Below are positions 51,346 to 62,081 of a DNA stretch of 64,000 nt, piece after piece. How positions within the stretch are numbered: the stretch's first letter is position 1; each line of letters begins with the position of its first letter. Location: contig JALMLS010000561.1 in the NCBI GenBank assembly GCA_038496445.1, forward strand, positions 84,694-148,693, read 5' to 3'. Below the pieces are notes generated by a model. It did no database searches. It was not told the DNA's origin and saw only the letters and a program-made list of their open reading frames with translations. Source of the DNA: Trichosphaerium sp. ATCC 40318. Lineage: Eukaryota; Protista; Tubulinea. Position numbers and translations under genes: made by a program.

Positions 51346-52168
51346 ATGATATTGCTAGGATTAACCGGAGGTATCGCCTCAGGCAAAAGTACAGTAAATA
51401 AAATGTTTGGTTTCCCAATGATCGATCTGGACGTTATTGCGCGTGAAATACTTGTTCCAGGGCGTAAGGCATACAAAAAAATGTACTTACACAGTTTTCT
51501 ACACTATTATTACAAATTTGTTCTAAATAGCCTTGTAGCGTTGCAGAATTTGGTGACGATATCCTAAACGAAGACGGAACCATAAACAGAAAAAAGCTAG
51601 GCGCAATAATCTTCAACGACGCGATTCAACGCAAAAAACTAAACAAAATAACGCACCCTGCCATATTCGCAGAGATGATGAAGAAAGTTACATGGCATTT
51701 TTTTGCTGGGACGAAAATACTTCTTATTGATTCACCTCTGCTATTTGAGAGCAAGTTATCCAAGTGGATGAGACACACCATTGTGGTTTATGTACCACCT
51801 GATCTTCAGTTGGAAAGGTACGAGTATAAGCGCACAAGCACAACAAACTATTTTCCAGCATCTAGTTTTTGTACCAAGGTCATTCCAAACTTACTCATTT
51901 ATAATATAGGCTTATTGGACGTGATGAATCAACACCAGAAGAGGCTCAGCAACGTATAGACTCTCAAATGTCGTTAGACAAGAAGAAAGAATTAGCGACC
52001 TTTTTAATAGACAACTCTGGCACTCTAGAGGTAAATTAGACCTATTATTTTACTCACAACCATTGCTACATTTAGCACTAACATCACTTGCTTCAGGAGA
52101 CCCAAACACAAGTCAATGCTCTGAGAGACAAGCTGATTAAATCAACTTATTGGTTTCGAAAGCAATGA
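51346..52168 (+). CDS. coaE: Dephospho-CoA kinase
   Basis: [48 protein letters not shown]. Confidence 0.95.
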
Positions 52169-52345
52169 ATGGTTCAACCAGAACCACAAAATGTCGACAC
52201 GCTGTAAAAATGACATTGATTGAATTGTAACTACCCAAATAAATGTATTATATTACTTACCAGTGCGTTTGATTGCTCAAACAGAAATAGAAATAGACTT
52301 ACAAGGCACTAACTAAGTTGTGAGTTGATACAAAAAAAGCAAAAA

Positions 52346-52633
52346 CAAGGTCTGACTCCGAATACCGGCTGAGTATGGGTACAAGCTCAGTTCTGCTATC
52401 CTCCCGCTTACCACGATGGAAGCTTTTCCCTGCTCTGTTTCCAGCCTGAGGCGGTTTACCTCTCATTATCAACCAGGATCTCTCCGCCTCCGCGGTGAAA
52501 CCCCTGTTGGTCGATGGCACGAGAGGACAGAACATCAACACCTGAGAATCCCACCTCACATCCGAACCCGTAGCCATTCCTTGCCTTAATAGCCTACTAC
52601 TAGTAGTTACAGGTGCTCGTTACACACCCACTG
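52346..52633 (-). ncRNA. Signal recognition particle RNA (7SL, ~290 nt)
   Basis: Helix 8 CAGGCUGGAAACAGAGCAGG; helix 6 with GGAG tetraloop (CCGC-GGAG-GCGG); Alu-like 5' GGGUGUGUAACGAGCACCUGUAAC; followed by T5/T7 Pol III terminator; GC-rich island. Confidence 0.92.
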
Positions 52634-52656
52634 GTAGAAAATGGTCGTTGAACCGC

Positions 52657-52698
52657 TTTAAAACAGTAGTAAACGCTCAGAAAATATGTTGTGGTTTT
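52657..52698 (-). promoter_or_regulatory. Candidate upstream Pol III promoter of the SRP gene (AAAACCACAAC near -60, TTTTAAA near -28)
   Basis: Position and sequence loosely resemble the Dictyostelium upstream sequence element of small RNA genes. Confidence 0.35.
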
Positions 52699-53010
52699 GA
52701 GAAAAAGCCGCCTACGCTTTATAAAGCATACAAGGGCTCCGCTCTGTCGTGTTTTAGGCATTTTACTTTGTAAACCTGAAGCTTTCCGTAAACACGTTTG
52801 CCACGTTGTTTATTCGATCCACCAGGAGCACGACAGTACAACCCAAGCATTTGTTGGTTTCAACACGTCACTTGAGGAGCGAGTCTTGACTGGTCAAAGT
52901 CGGTCTTAGTGAAATTCAACAAATAGTACTTTTAGACTCTACCAACCGTTCAAGGTGGCGGAAATCACGCGAATGAAGCTTGAAAATATGAATGTATTTC
53001 TTTATTTTTT

Positions 53011-54822
53011 TTATTTATTTTGAGGCAAGCCGCGTGGGTTATCTTTTGTTGGGATATCATATAATGGTTTTACTTCTCCTGCGCGCTTATTAGTGAAGCC
53101 GTCAACAGGATTATCAACAAGTTTTTGCCACATTTCTTTAGTCTCGTTTAATACTTCATAAGCAGCCTCCTAAATACCCGTATAAGTAAGTGACCAATAC
53201 AAACCATGCGTAATAACACGTGTTACAGCGCTAGAGTGATTTTTAAAGTCAAAAAAACATACCTTGTTTAAAAATTTCTCGTCGAATCCAAACTCGTTCA
53301 ATGGTTTACCATCAGGTGTTTTGTAGTTACGGAAGTATTCTCGGACAGCATATTCTGCACCTGGCTTATGTTTTTCTACTTGAGTAATATCTAAAAAGAG
53401 TTAGAGATTGAACTGATTTTTCAAAAAAAAAAAATTAAAGTCAAACTGAAGATGGCTTTAAAAAAAAGCGAAGGTGTTGTACCTGAGAGTTTGCGCACTG
53501 CCGGGTCATCTATATTACATACAAGAAGTTTCCAGTCAAGTTCGCCTTCATCTATCATAGCAAGACAACCCAAAACGCGTGCCTTTTACAAAAAATAAGG
53601 TTTTTACAAAAATAAGGTTGTTATAACGCTCTTTGTAAAGATACGTACTCTAACTACTTCACCGCGCATGCAAGGACGTTTACCAATATCACATACATCC
53701 AAAGGATCTCCATCACCTGATATAAGAGTAAGACAAATGTCAAAAAAAAAATAAAATAAAAAAACACGCAAAACCAATACTAGTGCGTAAAAAATAGCCC
53801 AAGAACGCTACCACATCGTGATGGGAACAGTAAACTATTGATCACAGAAAATACGGCAGAAATGTCGACCAAGAAAGGAAAAAGGTTCAAAATACTGTTT
53901 TTTTAAAGTGTTGGTTGTTACCTTTCAATTTGAGCTTTGGGTGAACGACATTAGGGTCTTCAAATGTCTGTGGTGCAAATCCATAGTTAAATAACATTGG
54001 GCTCCATTTAATGTATCTACCAAGAGTGAACAAGCCGGACAAACAAGCGGGAAAAAAAATCCAAAAAAAAAAAAAAGAAAGTTCGCTATCAAAGCACATA
54101 CCTTAGTTTTCCCTTCTTTGTATCTTGTAAAATTGGATTCCACTCTTCCTTTGTTGCCATTTCCATCTTTTGATTGGTTCTGAAATTGGTAATTAGTATA
54201 AACGCTTGTAAACAAGCACATGGCGTTAAAGAAAACTAATGGTGAATAGGGATGGAAATATCGTTTGACTTGGCGTAAAAAAACTTGTGATTCAAAAATA
54301 CCAAGCTGTAAACGTTTAAACGGTGCATTTGCTGCATCGCTGTGCTCGTGGCGTTGTTTAAGACGTACCCTCGAGGCATTTCGCAAACATAGTTTATAAT
54401 CATTTCGCCTGTCTCCACGGACATCTCGTTACCCGAGTAGAGAGGAATGTCATGCCAAGGGCTCACTTTTTCGCCCTTCTCGTTGTGAAAGAACTGGCGA
54501 TACTCTGGTGTTCCTAGTTCGCCTTCCTCCTTCGCACTCTGAAGGTGTTAGGCGGTTTTATAGCTAAATCTTTAAATTACGTACAATATGGAGAGGAGGG
54601 CAGTAGCGGAACATACCACCTGCCACATTCTTTGACGCTGTACGCACTTGCGCTTTTGTAGCGATCTTCGATTGGCCTGAGCACCAGTTAGCAAATGTAG
54701 CGAAAATACACTAACTGAGGTAATCCCAGTGCGTAAAGCATCGAATTAGTCTATTGACATTAAAAAAGCTTACCTCTAGAAGCAACGCGCACAGAATGGT
54801 GCGAGGCAATTTTTACAAGCAT
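53011..54822 (-). CDS. PPA: Family I soluble inorganic pyrophosphatase with presequence-like N-terminus
   Basis: SPWHDIPL, NYGFAPQTFEDP, GDGDPLDVCDIG, MIDEGELDWK, FRNYKTPDGKPLNEF; N-terminus MLVKIASHHSVRVASR. Confidence 0.95.
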
Positions 54823-54953
54823 AGTAGTGGCTTTGGTGGCTTTTCTATCCTGATATCGGCTGGCTTAAAGTAAGTGACTTAGAGCAAAATTTTAGTCGCT
54901 TTTGAAGCGTCAGTTTGACCTTGAATATTTGCGAAATATGAACGTGTAGCACC

Positions 54954-57900
54954 ATGACAACGCTTTCTTGTAAGAGTATAGCTGAATTAAACAAGCAAAG
55001 TGTAATTCCGGATGTTAAAAAAGACCGTGCCATCAGCGCTTATTATACATTCGCTTTTAGGCTCCTAGAGGAGGTATTAACGCGATTTATACCATTTTTA
55101 ATGTTTATTAACGAATTTAAAGGCTGATAAGTATCGATTGAGTGGGGACTTGGAGAGAACATACATATTTCTAATGAGATTCGTTTCGTAAGTATAAAAA
55201 ATCAATACTGTCTAAAATAACGTTTTCGGTTTAGTTTAATTGCTGAAAAGCTTCCAAAACACCCCAACTATCTAACCGACGCCGCTACGAAAATAAAACG
55301 TACAGCGTTAAAAAAGGTACAAATTCAATTCAAAAAACCGATCAATACAGCGTACTTGACGTTTAAACAATTCATTTGAACGAAAACCACAATTTGTAGA
55401 GTGTTTCAACTTATCTCGACATTACTTGCGTTTTCGCGCCTCAAAGTAAGCTACTTGATAACATCACTACTCCTAAAACGTCTAGAAATAACAAAACAAT
55501 CTGTTTCTTTAAAACCGTTTATTACGCGTCGGTAGTATTTAATTACGCTTGTTTACGTCTTATTCCTTTTATTTAGAAATGTTTTGCTGTTGTTGAAGAG
55601 CTACAGTACTTGAAAGATGTATTAAAATCAGAATATGACGAAAGGTCACGTGCAATTGAACAGAAAAAGAGAGATGAAGAAAGGGCCAAACAAGAAGCAG
55701 AAAAAGCCAAAAAAGAGGCAGAATTACAAGCTAAATTAGATGCTGATTTAGAGGTATGACGTAGTTGACAAGAACGTACTGTGAAGCGGACAGTAGAGAA
55801 AAAAAAAACCAATTTCGAGTTCCAGTTTTTGGTTTCTTTTTTGGGGTACTGGAGGAGAGTTCTAATCATTTTTGGTAGGCTAGACAAAAGAAACTAAAGG
55901 ATGCTTCTATAATCGGTGATGAGGATGCTACATTTGCATTCCCAAGCGTACCAGGGGAGTCTAAAAAAAGTGTAAAAGAAAAACCAAAAATTAGTAAACC
56001 AACGAGCTCTAAGACTACTCCACCTGATGATGACGACATAATGGCCAGGTTTGCACGGTTGGATCCTAAAAATGCAAATGTTGTGCTTAAGGTAAGTTGT
56101 GAGACGCCACTTTTTGATTGTTCTTCCAAACTCCAAAAAAAAATCTTGTTTTTGTTATTTTCACAACTTCAAGTGAAGCTTCTTGTGTTATTTTTCTTTG
56201 TCAAATCATATGATGTCTTCTTTTTTGGTTATTGACAGTACATTATGTCGGGTTTGAAGCCATGCAGAATTAATATTCTCAATTGTTTCTTTTTCTTTTT
56301 TTTGCATTTCTGATTGTTTTGTTTAGTTAGCAGAAAGTGAAGTTACTGATATTGATGAAGATGAACTGGACGATATTTTATTAACACAATTACCTTCTGT
56401 ACCAGGATCAAAGAGTAAACCAAACCAATCAAAACCTGAAGAACCAAAGAAAGAAAATGATACAACTACCAGTTCTGCTTTTGACATTCTGAATATTTTG
56501 AAGCAGCAAGTTGCCCCTAAACCTAAACGTAAGCTCCCGTATATGACCACCTTTACTTACAGTTTTAATAGTAGCGTATCCTGATCTATCTCTTACGCCA
56601 GAGGGCCCTTCAAAATCCACACAGTCATCAACACGTCCTAAAAAAGGTCATTTTTCTTTGCCTGATTTTGACAGTATCAAATCGTCCAAACCTCCTTCTT
56701 CGGATAAGCCTGAGACCACAACCAAGGAACTTCAAAATCAAAGCACAAAATCTACGCCAAAAGCTTCAGAGAAGCCAACAAAGAGTTTAAATGATAGCAA
56801 AGGTGCACTAGTTCAACCCAACACAACTGTTTCGAAACCTCCAGATACATTACCTGACTTCTCAGCCGCCTTCGAAAATACTAAACCCAAAACACCTACA
56901 CCACCAACAAAAGGTGATATACACTCCAAAGGAGTTGTTGAAGTAGCACCACCCAAAAGGTAAAGTTGATAAGGAGATGCACAAGTGTTGACTTAACTTC
57001 TTTTTAAGTGCGGAAAAAGTATCTAGAAGAATTCCTATTGATACTAGTCCTTCAGCGCCACCTGATGAAGGTGACGATCTTTATGTTATCCCAAAACGGT
57101 CCAGAGATCCTAAAAGCGTCACGCCATCTGCAAGCAGCGGAGGAGCTAGTGCAGTGGCTGTACGGCCTTCTGAGATGAGTAAGACTATGTCAAAGCCAGC
57201 GACTATGTCTATGAGTGGCTTAGTTGCTGTTAAGAAGGAAGAAGACAAAGTTGAGATCAGTAAACCAAAAGAGTCTCTTCCTGAGTTGATAAAAAGGCTT
57301 GGAAGTAACAATAGCAGACAAGGCGCTATTGATTTACCTCTTCCTCCTGAAAGTGAACCTGCTGATATTGCAGAACAGATTAATATGAGCTTGGCATTGG
57401 ATAATGTATTTGGAGGAGGAGATAGCGTTCTTGAGGAACCAGAAAAGTAAGTGTCGCTTGAAGCCTTTTTTATTAATTATGTTTTTTTTTTGGAATGTTT
57501 TACAGTCTTGATAGCTAATTTTCTTTCTTTTAAGTCTTCTTCTACCTAAACATGGTATATTATTGGATGCACTACAATCTGATCTAGAACCAGCACCTGT
57601 ACCTAAGATTCATGAGAAGAGAAGGACGGAGTACGACTTGTTTTCTCTGGTCTGTCTAATCTGTTTGTAGTGGTCATGCGATTTCTTCGCAACCTAGCCT
57701 TTTGGATGCAGATATACCCTATCCTACAGCTTCAATGAAGAATAAAGGAAGTAAAGAAATCGATAAAAAAGAAGAGAAACCTGCTAAAGAGGCTAAACCT
57801 GTAACAAAGGCTGAGAAGCCTAAAGGACCTTTGTATATGTCCGAGGTACTTTATTTTCTCCTCTTCTAGCGCCTGGACCAGCTAACATCTCCATAAGGCT

Positions 57901-60092
57901 GACTTAATAAACTCAATTAAACAATCAGAAGCAACAGTCATGAAACGACAAGAGGAGATACTTGCCAAGGAGAGGGAGAGACTTGAAGAGTATGATTTCT
58001 TTGTATTGATTTTTTTTTTTCAATCAAACAAACATTTCTCCTCGTTAGCAATGGTAAACTAATACCAAGTCAGGATGACAAGAGAACAAGAGAGATTACA
58101 AAGAGAGCGAGATGAAAGAGAGCGCTTAGCTAAAGAAGAAGCCGAAAGACTACGTAAAATTGAGGAAGATGAACGTCGTGCTGAAGAAGAGAAAAGACTC
58201 GCTATAGAGCGTAAGGAGAAAGAAAGAAAAGACCGTGAACGTGCACTAGAAGAAGAAGCTAAACGTAAAGCTGAAGAAGAGAAGATCTTGGCTCTTGAGA
58301 AGCTTAAAGACGAGCGAAGGCGTGAACGTCTTGCTAGAAAAGCAAAAGCAGCAAAAGAAGCAAGAGAAGCACGTGAAGCTCTTGAAGCAGAAGAGGAGTC
58401 AAAAAGAGAAGCTGCTAAAGAGATCAAACCAAGCAAGAGATCTTCAGGAACAGTCGCTTCTGCACCTCCTACACAGGCTCCTTTGAGTGATGGGCATAAT
58501 GACTTTCAATTCAAAGAACCTGTAGCTCTTGATCCTTCTTCTATACCTGGTCCTCCACCAGCTCCTGGTACTCAAGTCAGAGCTATTGCGGTATGTTTTT
58601 AATACTGTGATACTGGTTACATATCTCAAAATCTATAGGATGCAGTAGACCCTCGTGTGATGCCTCACCAACCTTCTGTACCTCAATGTACGTGATTTTT
58701 TTCTTGTTTTATATCTGAGAAAAACCTGTCGTTTCTGTGATTTCGAACTTTTGGATCGGTATTTTTAAACAATTTATATTACTTTTACTTGTACAAGAGG
58801 CCTTTACTACAAGTTGCAGTGGTGTTATAGTCTTATTTTTCCTATTTTTTGTGTGTTGATGTTTTCTTTTGTTTTAGTCTTACCTCGTCCAAATGCTGTT
58901 GGACCGGTCATGTATAATAATAACCCTCAAATGTATTACCCTTACACCGGACAACAAGTTTTTAATCCAGAGTCTTTGAATATCTATAATGTTGATAGAG
59001 AGAAGCTATTAACTGAAACAACAAAAAGAAGAGGAAAAAGAAGAAGAACACGTGATAAAAAAGATAAAAAACAAAAATCACAACGAAAGACACCAGAACC
59101 TATAAGTGAGGATATATACATAGACAAAACAATCATACACAGGTGAGTAGAACTCGAACAAAACTCAACAAACACATTTTCCAAAAAAAAAAAAACAAAA
59201 AAAAATGAGAAAGAAAAAAAATCTTTTAACTCTTCTTTCTTGTAGGTTTGGTAAGGTAAGTAATAGCAAAGTACGTGGTAAGAAGAAGATGCTTGTATGC
59301 GGTACAATGTTCCAAACATTCATGGCAAGAGCTGAGCCTAATACAAGACGTAATATTGAGACGTGTGGTATTCTTTGTGGTAGACTTGTACGTGCAGCCT
59401 TTATTGTAGTGTTTGATTTCTTACTTCAAATAGAGGTCTGATGATATGTTTGAAGTCACAACTTTGTTGATACCTAAGCAACGTGGTGATGCTAATACAT
59501 GTGCTACTACAGATGAAGAGGAGATTTTCTTATATCAACATAAACACCACTTGTTAACGTTGGGCTGGATTCATGTATGTTTTATCTTTTTTCTTTATTG
59601 TCTTTGTTGACCAGTTTTTTAATAGACACATCCATCTCAACGATGTTTTCTAAGCTCTGTGGATATGCATACACAATGTTCATACCAATCGCTATTCCCA
59701 GAAGCTATTGCAGTCGTTATTGCTCCTAGATACAATCCAAAGTGCGTCAAGCTCTCTTTTTTTGTTTTTTTTTTCTTAGTTTTTTCTTCCCCTCAAGATG
59801 CTATCATTTTCTCACTTCTTTGTGGGTGTTTCATTTTTTTAGCTACACATAGTGTTTTTATTGTATTCAGTCTGTTGCATTTTAGTATTGCTTATACTGT
59901 CGTTTTTCTAGTTTCAGCGTTTTTGGACTGACAAAGAGAGGACTTCCAATTATTCAAAATTGCCCTCTTTCTGGATTTCATTTACATGATGAGACTACGA
60001 TGTACAGGGAATCAGAACATATTGTTCTTGTATGGCCTAAAAATGATAACACTAAAGTTGTAGATATGAGACGTTCTTCGTTCAAGGTGTAA
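54954..60092 (+). CDS. AMSH/STAMBP-like JAMM deubiquitinase with very long low-complexity linker
   Basis: N-terminal USP8/MIT-like GDLERTYIFLMRF..EKLPKHPNY; C-terminal [40 protein letters not shown], GFHLH. Confidence 0.9.
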
Positions 60093-60479
60093 AAAAAAAC
60101 TAATAAAATAACAATCAAAAAAAGTGACTTTGACATCTTCTTTTGAACTGTTGACAACCAGAAATATGGAGAAACTTTTGTAACGCTAGTATTCGTTCTG
60201 TGGTTTTCAGACTGCTAGTTGGATAAGGCGTTAAACTTACTCTTCCTAAGAAGTTAGAAGGCTAACAACTAATTCCACACAGTCAAACGTTTTCTAGCAC
60301 TTGAAAAAAAAACAAACCGACAACATTCCGTTTGCTCAGGATTGTAACTCGTTTTGACGGTATGTAGGTGTACGCAATAATGCCAGCGATAGCACGCTAG
60401 CGCAAACAAGTGAAAAAGATCATCGTGTCGCAGGCGGCGAATTGGATGCACATTCTTGAGTTTTGAACGAATGATTGAA

Positions 60480-61500
60480 GCAAAATGCGAGTTTCAGCGT
60501 ACTTTAGTGTATATCGCCCAAAATGCACCTGCACGTTATCAAGCTGAGTGGTAGTTTATGATTTATACAGTTCCGAACAATTTTGGTAAGATATCGGTTA
60601 AAAAAGCGCGATTTCAACGTGATCAGCTTTCGTTTCGTCAAATCTCTACAATAGCACTTCTTTATATCTAATTTCTCTATTCCACGCCACGGTCTGTATG
60701 TTCCGCTTTTCAAAACGCACTTTGACGGTTGTTTAAGCTTTTTCATCCTAACGTTGACCAAATGCAATTTCTATACTCTCAACCACATAGAAGCGAGTAT
60801 CTTACGACAATTACCGGTTCATAGTAAGGTGGAATTCGAGCGGTATCCATTTTTTTGAATTTGAGTTTAACCGTTAAATATCCAACTGAAGTAAACGCTT
60901 TCACAGCGTTAGAGGTATACACTAGAGCGTCTTAGCGTTTCGAATAGTGTTTAATAAATTACTCATTTGAAAACGAACAAAATGAAACCAAAGTTGCTTG
61001 TCGATAGGTGCCGTTACCTCTACTACATGTGCATTATCATTACTTTCACTACACCTCCAATATCTCGGCTCAACGTTGATCAATTCAATCCGAAATCACG
61101 AACCTCTAAACAGCGTGACAAACGCTACAACTTTGTGATATCCCACAATTTATTTTGTGGATAAACTTGAATGTACAAAAGGATTTCTGGATTCATGAGA
61201 TAATGGAAAGCAAAAGGAGTGTGTGTTCTCTTGGCGCTTTCTAAATAGAAAATAACGACATGATTTGAAGTTGATGAGACTCAGTGCCTCGAGGTATCGT
61301 ACCTGAATCTCAACACAAACATCAATCTAGGATCATGTTAGACTGAGAGAAACTGGTATGAACTGGTACAGTTCCTTGGTCTCGAGTGTCCTTTGGCCGG
61401 TGTTCCAGTGTACGCCGTTGTCAATGGAGTGGGGCGCTCTGTGGGTTATTAAGGAGAGGATGTCTGCTCGGCCCTATCTTTTTGTGAAAAAAAGAGGATT
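60480..61500 (-). repeat. Dispersed ~1 kb repeat, copy B (reverse complement of copy A)
   Basis: Same manual alignment as copy A. Confidence 0.95.
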
Positions 61501-62081
61501 GTGGTTTTGGGTTCCTTGATTTTTACAGTAAGTACTTTGCACTGACACTTGATATTAAGATGTTTTTGTGATTTTACGTGTTAACTATCTCCGCGAAATA
61601 CACGTGGTGGAATACAGTGGTTAGGCTAACAAAAACAAGCACAAAATTATTGATTCTTTGAATACACGAAAATCCTAAACCGTCAAAACCATAACAAATA
61701 ATGGTGTAGATTTGAAACTTTAACAATGTACAGGCTTCACTGTGTAACGACACAGTTATGACACGTTGTTAATGAGTTCTCATTAATATACATTATTTGA
61801 AGCACCAACACAAATAAACACCAACCAAACAAAGACTACCTCTTGTCTTCTCCTGTGTAAATGCAACTATCAGAACAATTTATTTAAGTTGTAGAACATA
61901 TTTATTGGATATCAAGCACTACCACAGCTTGAAAACTCGCAATTAGTAGTCGGTATAGTCTTTGAAGCTAAATTTATTTTCCATGACTTAAGGGCACTTA
62001 ACTATCAATCCATTCGTGACTACTCAGAGGTGCCCTCTTATTCAATCTCTTTCAATATACATTCTCAAGAACAACCAGAGA

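Noticed and set aside
52299-52577. 92-aa ORF
   Set aside because: Coincides with the SRP RNA; open only because the region is GC-rich
58059-58436. Ser/Leu-rich antisense ORF
   Set aside because: Mirror of the E/R/K-rich exon of the AMSH-like gene
61330-61490. Structured Pol III ncRNA in the GC-richer end of the repeat, ending in T5
   Set aside because: No recognisable snRNA, snoRNA or tRNA boxes; cannot be supported without covariance analysis
24077-61500. Giant transposon (Polinton/Maverick-like) bounded by the inverted repeats
   Set aside because: No target-site duplication and no polymerase, integrase, transposase or capsid gene seen; the interior holds intron-rich housekeeping genes and the SRP RNA
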